Assembly: GCA_013265495.1 (NCBI GenBank)
Contig: MU058213.1
Span: 3,100,001 to 3,164,000, forward strand
Source of the DNA: Vicugna vicugna
Lineage: Eukaryota
DNA length: 64,000 bases
Direction of reading: 5' to 3'
Shown here: positions 39,100 to 51,894 of the stretch, piece after piece
Layout of the letters: every line of letters begins with the position of its first letter
Position numbering within the stretch: the stretch's first letter is position 1
The notes under the pieces: model-generated
What the model was told of the DNA's origin: nothing
Database searches by the model: none
What the model saw: only the letters and a program-made list of their open reading frames with translations
Program-made: the position numbers and the translations under genes

Positions 39100-39745
39100 G
39101 AATCTGTGAATCATACTGACACATCCTTTCTGCAGTATTCCTACCAAAAATGTACAACCTCAATCTATCTAATCATGAGGAAGCCTTAAATAAACCCAGA
39201 TTAAGGGACATTTTACAAAACAACAGACCAATATTCTTAAAATATGTCAAGGTCATGAAAGACAATGACTAAAGAACCAGAATAAATGAAACCAAAGAAA
39301 CATCCCAACTAAACTCAAATGTGATCCTGAATTAGTTCCCAGACCAGAAAAAAAATTGGTATTGCTCTAAAAGACTTTAATGGGACTTGGTAGAATTTGG
39401 ATGAAATCTGAGATTAGATAATAATATCCTATCAGTCTTCACTTCCTGATCTTGATTATTATATAGTAATAATAAATGAAAATATCCTTGTTTTTGAAAT
39501 TGCACACTGAAATATTTACGGGTAAAAGGAAATCACGTGGACAACTTATTCTATGCCCAAAGGATTCAGAGAAACAACAGTGTGTGTATACACATACATA
39601 TATATGAAAAGAGAAAGATTAAAGCAATTGTGGTTAAATGTTAACATTTGTATGATCTGGATAACATGGATGTGGAAATTCTTTGTACTTTTTTACACTT
39701 GTTCTTTAAATCTGAAACTATTTCAAAATAATACTTAAAAAAACT
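39100..39745 (+). mobile_element. Old L1MC/ME-type 3' end
   Basis: TAAGGGACATTTTACAAAA...AATGTGATCCTG...TCTGAAACTATTTCAAAATAA. Confidence 0.65.
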
Positions 39746-40752
39746 TTAAAAATTCTCTTCAGAAAATCCCATAGGATCAAATCTAGTGGGCCCCTCGAGA
39801 ATCTATCATTGCTTTGGCTTTCCCCTTTAACTCCCTTACTCTCCCTACCCTGCCCTCCTGCCCTTGGGGCTAACATGGATCTGTGATGTGGCCTTAGAAC
39901 CACTGATTGTGTTACCTGGGAAGGAAGGCTCTGATGGTACTCCTTTCACTGATGCACTGGTGAGGAGGCCACGGACATCTCTGAAAAGCTCAGCGGTGCT
40001 GTCCTGTATGAGCTGAGACTGACAGAAGACGCTGCTGCAACAGGGCTCTGGAGTAACAATGAGAAGTAAAAGAACCCCCAAACAGCAAGGAGCAGACGGC
40101 AGGCCATGTAACTACTATCATGGGCAGGCAGGCTGGAGTGCAGCCAGGGTGTCTTGACCCACAGGGATGTGTGGTGACGGCTAACAGGTCATGGTGTTCT
40201 CAAGGAAAAGACAGACTGGGTGTTTTTGTTTTGGGGAGAGAAGGGGAGTTTCTTGACTCAAATATGTATTTTTAAAAGGAAATCAAGACCTAGTGAGTAG
40301 AAGGCTGTCAGTCTCCACAAGAGGAATCATGGCCTTTCACCAGTTTCCTGCTGTAAGTCATTTCATAGACTCAGATCCAATTATTGAAGAAGCTCTATTT
40401 CCCTGAGGAAGGATTCCTCAATACCACAAGAATATACCATAAACTTTCCTCTGCTCCTACCAAAGACTCAAGGCCTTTAACTAGGATAAATGTGCGCTGG
40501 GGAAAGAGGAATTCAGACTTTGATGACTGCTGGATGCATGATCTTAGCTAAGACTGGTACAAGGAGGCTGTCAATGCTACCACAGTCCCTCAGTTTAGAG
40601 TGGGGTTCGTGGGGATAAGATAAATGTAGGTGTAGCCAAGATTTGTTTTACAGGACCCACTCTGTGTTCTTCTCTAAGCCCAGGTCCGCAGGCAGGATAC
40701 ACAAATAGTCAGTGGCTAGCAGAGACCTCACATTGACCTCACAGGAAGAGTC

Positions 40753-40937
40753 CTGCCTGAGCCGGCTCAGACTGCTATAGAAAAACACCATTATATGAGT
40801 GGTTTAAGTGACAGGTATTTCTCACAGTTCTGAAGGCTGAGGTGCCCATGATCAAGCTGCTGGCAGATTCACTGTGTGAGGAGAAAGCCTTCTTCCTGAT
40901 TTGCAGACAGCCACCTTCTTGCTGTATCCTCACATGG

Positions 40938-40968
<31 letters not shown>

Positions 40969-41127
40969 CATCTTTCTTGTACCTTTTCTTAAAAGGGCAC
41001 TAATCCCACTGACAAGAGCTCCACCCTCATGACCTAACTATCTCCCAAATGTCCTACCTCCAAATACCCTCACACTGGGGAGTAGGGCTTCAGCATAGGA
41101 ACAAGGGGAAGCATTCAGTCCATACCA
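40753..41127 (-). mobile_element. MaLR solo LTR (MLT1A/MST-like) with internal (GA)n
   Basis: TTTCTCACAGTTCTGAAGGCTG...AAGGGCACTAATCCCA...CCACCCTCATGACCTAA...CATTCAGTCCATA. Confidence 0.85.
40940..40968. repeat. (GA)n microsatellite inside the MaLR LTR
   Basis: About 14 perfect GA units. Confidence 0.95.
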
Positions 41128-41534
41128 AATCCTTATGGTAGAAAGTACCAACTGAAACCTCACTGGCTAAGACAGTAAATTAGAAGCAATTCATGCAAAG
41201 AATTGTGGACATTAATGCCACTTTCAAAGATTTGAAGGATACAGGAGTGAGGTATCTTTATACTGCCATTCAAGTCACCTTTCTGGGCTGTGAAAAAACT
41301 AAACAGAGAAAGTTCTAGAGGCAGATGGTGACGGAGGTTACACAATGTGACTACACTTAATGCCATTGAAATGTAAACTTAAAAATGGTTTAACAGTAAA
41401 TTTTCTGTTACATATATTCTACACTGCTCCCCAACTGCTCCCCCTCACCCACCGCCAACACTCACATACTAGATGGATTATGGCAGAAAGCAACAGACTA
41501 CCTCAACCACAGTTGCTATTCTAGATGCAGTACC

Positions 41535-42260
41535 TTTTTTTTTCTGACATTTTTATTGAGATATAATCTCACACAATCAAGTTCACCCTTTTAAAGTGTA
41601 CAATCCAGTGTTTTTAAATATATTCACAAAGCTGTCACTGATCACCACTATCTAGTTTCAAAACATTTTCATCACCCAAAAAAGAGCCCCTATGTCCATT
41701 AGTAGTCTCTCCCTATCCCTTCTTCCCCTTAGTCCCTGGAAACCACTAATCTGCTTTGTCTCTCTGCATTTGCCTATTCTGGGCACATCATGATTAGAAT
41801 CATACAGTACGTGGCCTCTTATACTCAGCTTCATTCATGTTGTCACCTTATTCGTGTTGTAGCATGCATCAGTATCTCATCCTTGTTATGGCTGAGTAAT
41901 ACTCCTTGTGAGGATATACTACAACCAGTATATCCACTCACTGGCTGACACATTTGGGTTATTTTGGCTATTACAATAATGTTGCTATGAACATTCATGT
42001 ACAAAATTTTGTGTGGACATGTTTTCACTACTCTGGAATATATGCCTTAAAGCAGAATTGCTGGGTCATATGGTAACACTATGTTTATCTTTTTGAGGAA
42101 CTTCCAAACTTTCACAGCAGCTGCACTATTGTACCTTCTCACCAGCAGTGTATGAGGGTTTCAACTTCATATCCTTGTCAACACTTATTATTTCCCCTCT
42201 TTTTGATTGTAGTCATCCTAGCGTATGTGAAGTAGTTATCTCCTGAGGCTTTAATTTGAA
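41535..42260 (-). mobile_element. L1MB-type 3' end, antisense
   Basis: Poly-T start, TTCACCCTTTTAAAGTGTACAAT, GAATTGCTGGGTCATATGGTAAC. Confidence 0.88.
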
Positions 42261-43688
42261 CAGCTGTAATACCTTTACTGGAAAAAAAAAAAATCAACTT
42301 ATCCTCTGGCACTTGCTAAGTGACTACCAAACTGACAATTGCATCCTTCTCAAAAGGAAGATCAAGAGCAGTTCAAGTAGGATTACCATTCCTTGAATAA
42401 CAAGATAATGTAGTCTTACCCATGGTCATGTGACCTGACCATGCATCCTATAGGAAGAGTCTGTTCCTGCCCTCACCTTTGGGCAGAGACATGATATGCT
42501 CTAAATCAACAGCATGAGACATTTGCCACAAGTGAGCAGAAGCTTACAATTCCATGTTTCCTCTCAGCCTCAATCTCTCTCAGTCCTAAACTGTGTCATA
42601 TCCCAGAGGGGCTGCTCTTTGAGCCTGGGTCCCACAATGAGAAGACACACAGTACAGAACCCTAGTTTCCTGGTAGCTAGGCAAAGCCAAGCCTGTCCAG
42701 AGCAGATACTTCGTACGTGAATTAAATTTATATACATAAATATTTTTAATGTGCATAGAAGAAAAATGGGCTCAAAAGTTCATATTAAACTGTTAAAGGT
42801 GCTGATTAAATCAATGTGTGCTAAACAATGGTAATTTTCACTTTGTTCTTTTCTGAATTGTTTGGGTTTTTTAATAAGCATGTACTACTTCGTAATTTTT
42901 CCTTCACTTTTTTTTTTTTTCTTTAAAGTTACCTATGTTGGTCTCCACTCAACATAGATAGCTTAGATTAAGTTATAATGAAATTACTTTTCAAAAAATA
43001 ACAAAATGAGTTGATTTAAAGGATTTTACATATATGTATTATATTTATACTTTTCATTGAAAATATAAATCAAAGTAATATGTTTTCAGCAATTTTCCAG
43101 AAAACCTTTTACCTATGTGAATAGCTTCATAGTAAGTCAACTCCTCCCTGACCACTATTATTAGTGGGTTAAGCCAATAAAGCTGTGTCACTTTCACCAC
43201 TCTATGTGACACCATCTACCTTCTCTGAAATGTCAGTTTGATATGAGCCACCCGAATTCTCAATTTACTCCCCCATTCTGCCTGGGAAGAGAAGGGCTAG
43301 AATTGAAAGACTGCTGAACTACATTAAACCAGGCTAACTGCAGGCTGAATGAGGGGTGTTCTGCCTGAGGTAGTTAACTTGGTTCACTTCATCTATACAC
43401 ACTATTGTGTATATAGTGTGGTATATAATATATATTGTGTGTATATAGTGTGGTATATATATAAATGCCACTCCCAGCTATTTTATAAATACAGTCTATA
43501 CTGCCAATGTATAGGCTGCATTCCCAGAAAAATAAGCCTCCACTAGAAAATAAAATATCCCTTAAGACACTCCTTTTTGCTTAAAAGGAAATTACTGATC
43601 TGTCCTGGTGAGAAGACATAAAATGGCAAAAGCACAGTAAACACTGACAGTGCTAGTTTTAAAAAGCATTTAAAATCATTATGTATTA

Positions 43689-43694
43689 TTTATT
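43689..43694 (-). terminator. PIGBOS1: Polyadenylation signal AATAAA of PIGBOS1
   Basis: TTTATT on the + strand, about 95 nt past the PIGBOS1 stop codon. Confidence 0.65.
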
Positions 43695-43789
43695 AATATT
43701 TAAAACTATTTGACAAGTTTTTACTAGCTTATAGTCAAAGCATAATTTCAATGGAACTTTAAGCAATTACAGATCAACTCCATGTAGTA

Positions 43790-43954
43790 TTAATTTTTCT
43801 TCTCTTCTGAGTCTTGTGCCAATTTCAATTTTTCTTTTAATTCCTTCTGATTTCTGGAATACTGTTCAAACATGGGTTGATAAATATATAATCCTCCAGC
43901 GATTCCAAGGATGCTAGCAAAAAGCAGTTGTGGAAAAGTCAATCTCCCAAACAT
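43790..43954 (-). CDS. PIGBOS1: PIGB opposite strand 1 microprotein, 54 aa ([54 protein letters not shown])
   Basis: ATG at 43952-43954 with A at -3. One N-terminal hydrophobic helix and a charged C-terminus. Acceptor ttttatatctatacAG|ATCTG with the exon starting at 44028. Head-to-head with PIGB. The ORF track's 89-aa call over-extends into the intron. Confidence 0.95.
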   Translation of the reverse strand: MFGRLTFPQLLFASILGIAGGLYIYQPMFEQYSRNQKELKEKLKLAQDSEEKKN

Positions 43955-45249
43955 TTTTTTCAACAAACACCGCACCGTGCAAGGGTGGTTTTGAAAAAAC
44001 ACTCCACGCTCAGGAAATCTCTTCAGATCTGTATAGATATAAAATGGGAAGCAAAGCAATAACTCAGCACAATATCCTTTTTAAAGACTTCAAGTCACTA
44101 CATTGCTCCTGCATGAACAGTACTTTTGTTGTAATATGTAAGTATTGCTTATTGACATAACTAAAACAGGAATATAAATTCACAGGGAATATGAGAAATG
44201 ATGGTTAAAAATGATTTAAGACAAATCTAAATGATAGTGTTTTCAGTCGTGTTAAATGCATAGTTTTTTAAATGGCAAAACTGTGAGAGAGGGAAGAAAC
44301 ATACTCTTTATGCCTTTAAAGGCATACCAAAGCTATAAATAGAAACAGCCCCTCAAAAAAGTTGAAAGTTGCCAATCCAATCTGGAAGTAGAACAAAGAG
44401 AACTGTTACTTTTCATTAATAGCCCTTCTTTACTATTTCATGTTTTATGGCAATATGTAGGATTAAAAACAACAATTTCTAAAAACAAGCTGAAAGATTT
44501 TTTAGTTCCCTTTGACGCTATAGTAGGTACATATTGACCTCACCCCGAAGTCATGTGCCACCACTTTGGACAAAAATATAACGGAGACTTGGCTGGTTTT
44601 ACTTTTAAGAACTGAGTAGGTAAGACTCTAGCAGCACTTCTCGGAAAACTATACTTCTTGCTATAGTCTATAGTCTCTAAGAAGTCCTATAGTTTCAGGA
44701 GACACTAGGTAGATGTTTATGAATGAGGAAAGCAGAGTGAAGAAACTACATGGGTTTTTAAAAAAAATTTTATTATAACAGTATCTCAAAGCCTCCTAAA
44801 CCAGCCTCCAAGGTCACAAAAAATCAATAGTGGCAGAACTGGTACTAAAAACTTGCTTGCCCTTAATATATTGTCAAAATTGTAATTTAAACTAATCTGG
44901 GAAAGAAAAAGCCTGTTTTCTCCTGGACTCTACAGTTAACAAGTGACAACTTGACCAAGAACGCTTTGCTTCAACAACTGCTAAGTGTAAAAAAAGGAGA
45001 CATCAGTAAGTCAGCTCCTTGGAAAACAGATAATTAAGCCATGTAAATGGGACGGTTCCCCTTTGCCACTAGCTCGTAAAAGTGACCCTGCCCGGTCCTT
45101 TAACCTTTGGGGGGCCTCATTTTCCACATCTGTACCACAGGCTAAATTATCCCTACCCTGCCTACGTCGTTCGACTGTTATGTGAGATCACCCAAACGGT
45201 ACGCTGTTACACCAACACTTACATTTATAATTATCGTTACTATTACCAT

Positions 45250-45960
45250 TACCACTCAGACACCTCCGACCGTTCTGTCCCGATCAGCGCCGCCTCCAGC
45301 CTGCCCCCCGCAGAGGTGAGCCCCGGCTCCTTCCAGCAGTTTCCAGACCCTTGGAAGCATAGACCATGAACCCAAAGGAGGGCAAGAATTCTCTGAGAAG
45401 GAAATGTGGAAGGGAAAGCGCGGGAGCGTAGAGGTGTGGCCCGAACCAGCAGCGGCGGCCGCGGACACCTTCAGCGGCGGGAGTGACGAAGTTGTCCTTT
45501 CCCGGCTACCCCCGCGCCTGTGAGCGACGGCTGCTCGCAGAGGCCATACTTAGTGGGCGGAAGAGGATCGCGCGCTTCCTCAGCTACTTTCTGCCGGGGA
45601 CCGTGGCTGCTGGCGGTCCGCAGCGGCCCTCGAAGCAGATGCAGGATGGAGCGAGAAGGCGGCGGCGGTAGCCTCTTTTTCCGCGGTCTCCAGAACCGTT
45701 CCCAGGAGAAGATGAAGCTGCGAAAGAGAAAGTCGACCTTGTACCTCGGTCCCCAGAAGAGCCCTGGGCGCCGCAGAGGTGAGGGAGGGGGTGTGGACGC
45801 CGAGTGGAGTGGCGGTGGCGGGAAGTCGCCAACTCCGAGCGAGGGCTCCGTCTGCTGGTTAGGGTTGCCAAAGAATCGCCTTGCCCTCGAGACGGGATTC
45901 TCGATCCCTGCCTCTTGCACAGCACTGTAGTCTGCGTTATTTTATGCCGTCCTCCCGGCA
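45250..45960. promoter_or_regulatory. CpG island, bidirectional promoter of PIGB / PIGBOS1
   Basis: High CpG density. ETS-like GCGGAAG near 45557-45563 and YY1-like GGCCATACTT at 45542-45551. Divergent genes on either side. Confidence 0.85.
45646..45778 (+). CDS. PIGB: GPI mannosyltransferase 3, coding exon 1 (MEREGGGGSLFFRGLQNRSQEKMKLRKRKSTLYLGPQKSPGRRR)
   Basis: aggATGg strong Kozak context. GLQNRS..K.KLRKRKSTLY matches the PIGB N-terminus. Donor AG|GTGAGG. 133 nt, phase 1. Confidence 0.88.
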
Positions 45961-46962
45961 GCCGTGTGGAGTAGGCATGGTGTGTCCATCCCTATTTCGG
46001 GGAGGGGGGCACCCAGGCCTAGTGTTACTCAAGGTAACAGTGGATCAGAGTTAGGTTGTAAACTCAAGTCCTCAGGAGGCCAGATAGGGAACACTAAATG
46101 TAAATAAGTCAAACACACCCTATATTTCAGTACCAGGCACTTCTACGCAGTTGAGCGTTGTGTTGCCAGATCTTAAAAAGGTCTGCTATGTTGCAATACA
46201 AATGTTAATATAAAATACGATTTTTGAACGTTGGCAACTAAATTCATATTTTTAAGAAATGCTCTATTCAGCCTACAAGCTGTCCGTTTGTGATTAAGAG
46301 CAGGGCTTTGGAGTCAGCATACAGACCAGGTTTTGAATCCTGTTTAAAGTCATCTGTAACCTTTTTGACCTGGGACAAAGCAGTTTAACTTCTTTTAATA
46401 AGTTAAAATAAGCCTCAGTTTCCTTATGTGTAAAATAGGGTTAATACCCCATAGTATCATTTTGAGGATTAAATGAGATAATGCATGTAAAAGAATAAAC
46501 TTGGTGCCTAGCATATAGTAAGCTATTTAAAAATGTACAGAAGACCATTTTATATGGCAGTACATGCACATATACAAAGTGTTGCTTCCTAAGTTAGTCA
46601 TTTGTTAGCTGATTTCTTTCATTAGATACACATATAGGATAACCTAGTTAGCCTAAGGCCTTATTGGGAGTTAACTCAATCTCTTTTAAAATATTTATCT
46701 TAATATTCTCTTTATGTAATAATTCGCAAGAAAGACTAGTTAACTGAAGAGTGGTAATCACCCAGTGGTGAGGCTCTGCCCTTGTCTAACTTTCCGCCCA
46801 GGTCTGCTTTGAGAGTAGCATGGAGAGGCCGGAGTTCACCAGTGAGCCTGAACAGAGCCTGAGCAAGCGACCAACCAGAGCAGCAGATTTTAGTTCTCTA
46901 AGTGGAACTTAACCTGACTTCTGTGCCACAAGTACCTGTTTTTTTGTTTTTTGTTTTTTCAG

Positions 46963-47098
46963 ATCTTCTTGGTGAAAACACTTATCTGGTCTTGTTTACC
47001 ATAGCATTAAGAATATGTAACTGCTTTTTAGTCCAGACAAGTTTTGTTCCAGATGAATACTGGCAGTCTCTTGAAGTTGCTCATCACATGGTTTTCAA
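46963..47098 (+). CDS. PIGB: PIGB coding exon 2 ([12 protein letters not shown]...[18 protein letters not shown])
   Basis: Acceptor ttttttcAG. Contains the GT22-family DE motif (PDEYWQSLE). Ends at the U12 donor ATATCCTTT. 136 nt. Confidence 0.95.
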
Positions 47099-47632
<534 letters not shown>

Positions 47633-48962
47633 TGAAATAGTTGTTAAAAGTAGATTTATTCCATCCTTTTTTTAAGGTTAATGTGTTAACTAAATGATAT
47701 ATAACACTGAGCATGAAAGTGTTCTGCTGTGAACAGTCCTATTAAGATATACAGATTTTTAGAATATCTACATTATATATTAATTATTTGTACTTTCCAA
47801 GAATACTTCTGTCATAAAAGAATCACTTAAGAGCAGTGTTGTATCTTGTTTTTTTTAACTTGTGAGCAGAAGACCATGTTATATGAGCTTATGAAGACTA
47901 AATATATATATAAACCCACTCAGGATTTAGTGTGGAAATTAAAACTTAGAAAAATTAATTTGACAAAAATTTAATGATATATACAGTAATTAGACATTGA
48001 TAGTGAGCAGAGTTGTAATCCCTAGATCATGAATTTCTGGGGTCAGTTGCCGAGAGAGGGTATAAAAGAAGTAATGGGCAAAAGTTTCTCTAACCTCACT
48101 CTCAGGATTTTTTAAGCTATCATCGAGTTGCACTCAGAAGTTTGGGCCTTCCACATTCTCTGTTAGGGAAGTGGCCTAGATGTCCAAAGGCAGTCCAAAT
48201 CCTGAGGGGTTTTTTGAAGCCTGTAAAGACACTCAGATTCAGACTTTTTTTTTTTTTTTAAGTATTTTAAGGCTGGATTGTACCCTCCACTTTGCAATGA
48301 AATTTGATTCCCCATTATTGAGAAACAAGGGTCAGATCAGTGAAACAGGCTGATTTGGGAATATCACAGGGAAGGAAAATTTAAAGTAGTAGCAGAGTTT
48401 CTCCCATTGACACACTGTAGAAGCTAGGAGCTGTGAATTCTCTTTTCTTCTCTCAGGACTACCGACTAGCTTCTAGATCATGCAGGATATTTGTAAAAAC
48501 TGGAAGCACAGGCAAATCTATATAATACCCCAGAAAGTAGGTTATTTTACGAATGGAGCCTTCAAGATAGAAAAACGTCCTACTCCTCCAAGATCTATTC
48601 CCTGACCTCAACCTGTAGCTGACCCACCTGGCCATTTTGTGATCTAAAGGAAACCTCCTCTTGTCCCCAACCTACCCCACCCCTCTACCCACCCAAAGTC
48701 CTCTATCCTACCTGGAACGTGAGCAGGTAGAGAAACATTAGGATGCTATCAGTCAGTCATACTCTCACACTGATTATTTTAAATAGAAATTATATAATTT
48801 TAAACCTAGAAGGGGTCATAAAAGTGAAGCCAGTAGCCAAAGTCAAAGCATGTTTAAAGCTAAAACCAGATCTAGGTCTACTTATTCACAGCCTAGTTCT
48901 CTTTCCAGATAGCTTCTCTCTAACCTGCCTAAGGTGTGTGCATAGTATTAGAGATGGCTTAG

Positions 48963-49273
48963 AGCTCCGCTGTCCAGTATGGTAGCCACTGGCCCCATGT
49001 GGTTACAGAATACCTGAAATGCTGGTACCAACTGAGAAGTGCTATTAGTGTAACATATATAACAGATGTCAAAGAGCAATACAAAATAAAGAATGTAAAA
49101 TATTTTAGTTTTTATATTGATTAAATGTTGAAGTGATAATATTATAGATATAATGAGTTAAACAAAAGCACTAAGATTAATTATACCTGTGGGTTTTTTT
49201 TTTTTACTTTTTAATTACTATAAATTTAAAATTAAATATGTAGCTCACATTGTATTTCTACTGGACAGCGCTG
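48963..49273. mobile_element. MER33/MER3-type hAT MITE
   Basis: Terminal inverted repeats CGCTGTCCAGTA ... TACTGGACAGCG, about 310 bp apart. Confidence 0.8.
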
Positions 49274-51137
49274 GCTTAGGACATGTGAGAAGAAAGAGGG
49301 ATAAGAAGGGAGACCTATGGGGGTACCACAGTGGGGGCTTTGAACAGTCAGAAGACGGCACAAGGGCATTTGGCTCCTGGAGCTTAAGGGAGGAATCGGG
49401 ATCTTACCAAGAACAGGCGTATAGAATGGTAAGCTGCCAACACAGGCCTCATCTTCAAGGTTTACCCTGGCATGTTCCTTCTTCTTTTTACCCCACCACA
49501 CTAGTCATTATTTTCCAGGAGCCACATGCAGCTGTTTAGTTCTTGTCAGGTCCTTACTATAACTAGAAAATTATGGTATCTTAAAAGTATGGAGAGACCG
49601 CTAATAACTGGGAATTTAGAACTCCACTTTTTTTGCATTGAGCTAAAAATCTACTTTCTTTTAAAATTCAAGATTTCTACATAACAACTCTTCAAAAAGT
49701 TTCATTTATCCAGGATAAACATCTCCAGTTCTAAACCTCATGATCAGATAATATCCTCTAAACATCTTGTAATTTATATGTCCATCTTAAAATATGGGTC
49801 TCAAAACTGAACACAATATTGAGAGCTAGGATAACTAGCCCAGGATATAGGGACCTTTAACTTCATAAATACTATACTTCTGTCCATGCACAAGGATTCT
49901 TTTAGTCTTTTAGTGGCTACCTCACACTCTTAGCTCTTATTAAGTTTATAGCTAAGTTAACTTTTCACATGAAGTACTTTCATGCCTGGGAGGTGAGGAG
50001 GAAGCTTATAGATTCTTATGCAGGGTAAACAGAACGTGTGTACCTCAGTGCCTTTTATTGTATTTTATAGGGCACACTTTAAGTGGAATTATGAAGTACA
50101 ATGTGCATTTAGCTCTAAGATTTAAACGTTTATTTAAAATTATTCATAAAGAAAAAGGACATAAAGCTAAAGTGTCAGAAGCCACTGACAACTGAAAGTA
50201 AAGCAGCTCTAATTATAATGTAAAATTAGTGAAGTTTGATTCAACAAAAATAGATTCACATATAAATTTTTAGAAATACATTTTTTGAACAAACTTTTAA
50301 AAATTAAATTGTGTTCTGCCAGCAAGTGCTACTTTGTTAATGGTAACTTTGACACATTTTACAACTCAAAGATGCTAATGTCTAGCATTAGAATTACTAA
50401 CTGTAATTAAGTTATAATACGTTTACTCTTTAATTTCTTTTAATTTGAATTTTAAATTTACTCTTTAATGTCATCTGAATACCATGTTTCTATAATTGTA
50501 GGTAACTTATGCTTAAAAAAGTAACTCACATTACTTTAGTATCTATATTGCAGGATAAGGAAGCAACGTAATTTAGTAGGTAAGAGCTTTGGAGTCAGGC
50601 AGACTTGGGTTTGAATCCTGGCCTCCATACTAACTAACTTGGGGAAATTGCTTAATCTCTCTATGCCTCAGTTTCCTGATTTATAACACAGTACCTGTCT
50701 CATACGATTGTTAGAAGGACTGAATGAGCTGATATACATAAGTACTTAACTATGATATGTAGCACACAGTATATAAATGTTTCATAAAAAATCACCACTG
50801 TTATGCTAATGAAAGTAACTTAATATGCTTCTAAAATAGAACCTTCATACAATGAAATGGTTTGCTGACTATTTAAAATCAGTAGTGCTGTAATATATAT
50901 ATTAGAGAGAGAGAGAGAATGAGAATGATAAAACTACCTTTTGATATTTCCATGAAAATTAATGTAATTTTGGGGGTAGAAAAACAGTTGTTTTCTGCCG
51001 AAGAACAGAATACGTCACTTTTTTTTTAAATTAAGAATGACTTTCACTTGAAAGTTGGATCAGCTTTTTCTTATGATTTTCCGTGTGAACCAACAGTTAT
51101 TTTTAATGTATTCTTTTTTTTTTTTAAACTAATGAAG

Positions 51138-51242
51138 ATTTGGATTCCTAGACTCGCCCAAGCACTTCTGTCTGCTGTGGCAGACTTGAGGCTTTACTCA
51201 TTAATGAAGCAATTAGAAAATCAGCAAGTGGCAAGATGGGTG
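51138..51242 (+). CDS. PIGB: PIGB coding exon 4 ([35 protein letters not shown])
   Basis: Translation matches PIGB. Acceptor aAG, donor GTG|GTAAGT. 105 nt. Confidence 0.95.
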
Positions 51243-51894
51243 GTAAGTCCTAAACACTTCAGAAACTGTATGTCAGTCACTTCATTCCAAAGAGCATGAA
51301 GCAAATGGAACATCAATCAACACGACTGATTCCCAAGACAGTTTCAGAAGATAAGTCAGACAACTTTATAGAGGCACTTCTATAATTACGAACAGTATAA
51401 TGCAAGTGGCACATGCCATCCCTCTCCTCTGAGCTCTAGGCAGCAGAAGCCACTGATGGCCTCCAGCCCTACAAGAGGCTGAACCCTAGGACACAGCCTT
51501 GGGAAGCACCTGGACTCAAAATTACCAGAGTCCTTGCCTTGCTTTCCATAAAATCCAGCAGGAATAGTTCTAAAGCACTGCCTACCTCACAGATCACCTC
51601 AGCTGTTTACAACCCTTGCTCACTCTTCCTCCAGCTGCCTGAGAAGTAACTTTTCAGTGACACACTCTTTGACTTTCAGCTAGAATGCTAGAAATTGAAT
51701 TAAGTAAGCTTATACGAGCCAGCTTAGAACTCACTCCCTTTTTTATATTTCTATTGGCAAATATGTTCCAAATTCCAAGTACCAACACATTTCTGAAATA
51801 GAATTTTTTGTTAATTTATTAATAAATATTAATGATTTATTAATTATTAACAGGGCATATTTCTGCAGGTAGTGTGTTGATTTGCATTAAAAAG

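Larger units (their letters stand above)
39860..42430 (+). mobile_element. Decayed ERV-L internal region (gag-pro-pol) interrupted by younger insertions
   Basis: Degenerate translations VRWGKRN, LLDA, QRPHIDLTGRV, KTVN*KQF, IVDINATFKDLKDTGV, SPFWAVKK, LDGLWQKATDY are collinear with the ERV-L protease and RT N-terminus as I recall them. Confidence 0.75.

Noticed and set aside
43955..44059. N-terminal extension of PIGBOS1 to 89 aa in the ORF track
   Set aside because: It starts at TTG and crosses the splice acceptor at 44029-44030 into intron.
45520..45930. 136-aa single-exon ORF and overlapping antisense ORFs in the PIGB CpG island
   Set aside because: This is PIGB exon 1 read through its donor, plus stop-poor GC-rich frames.
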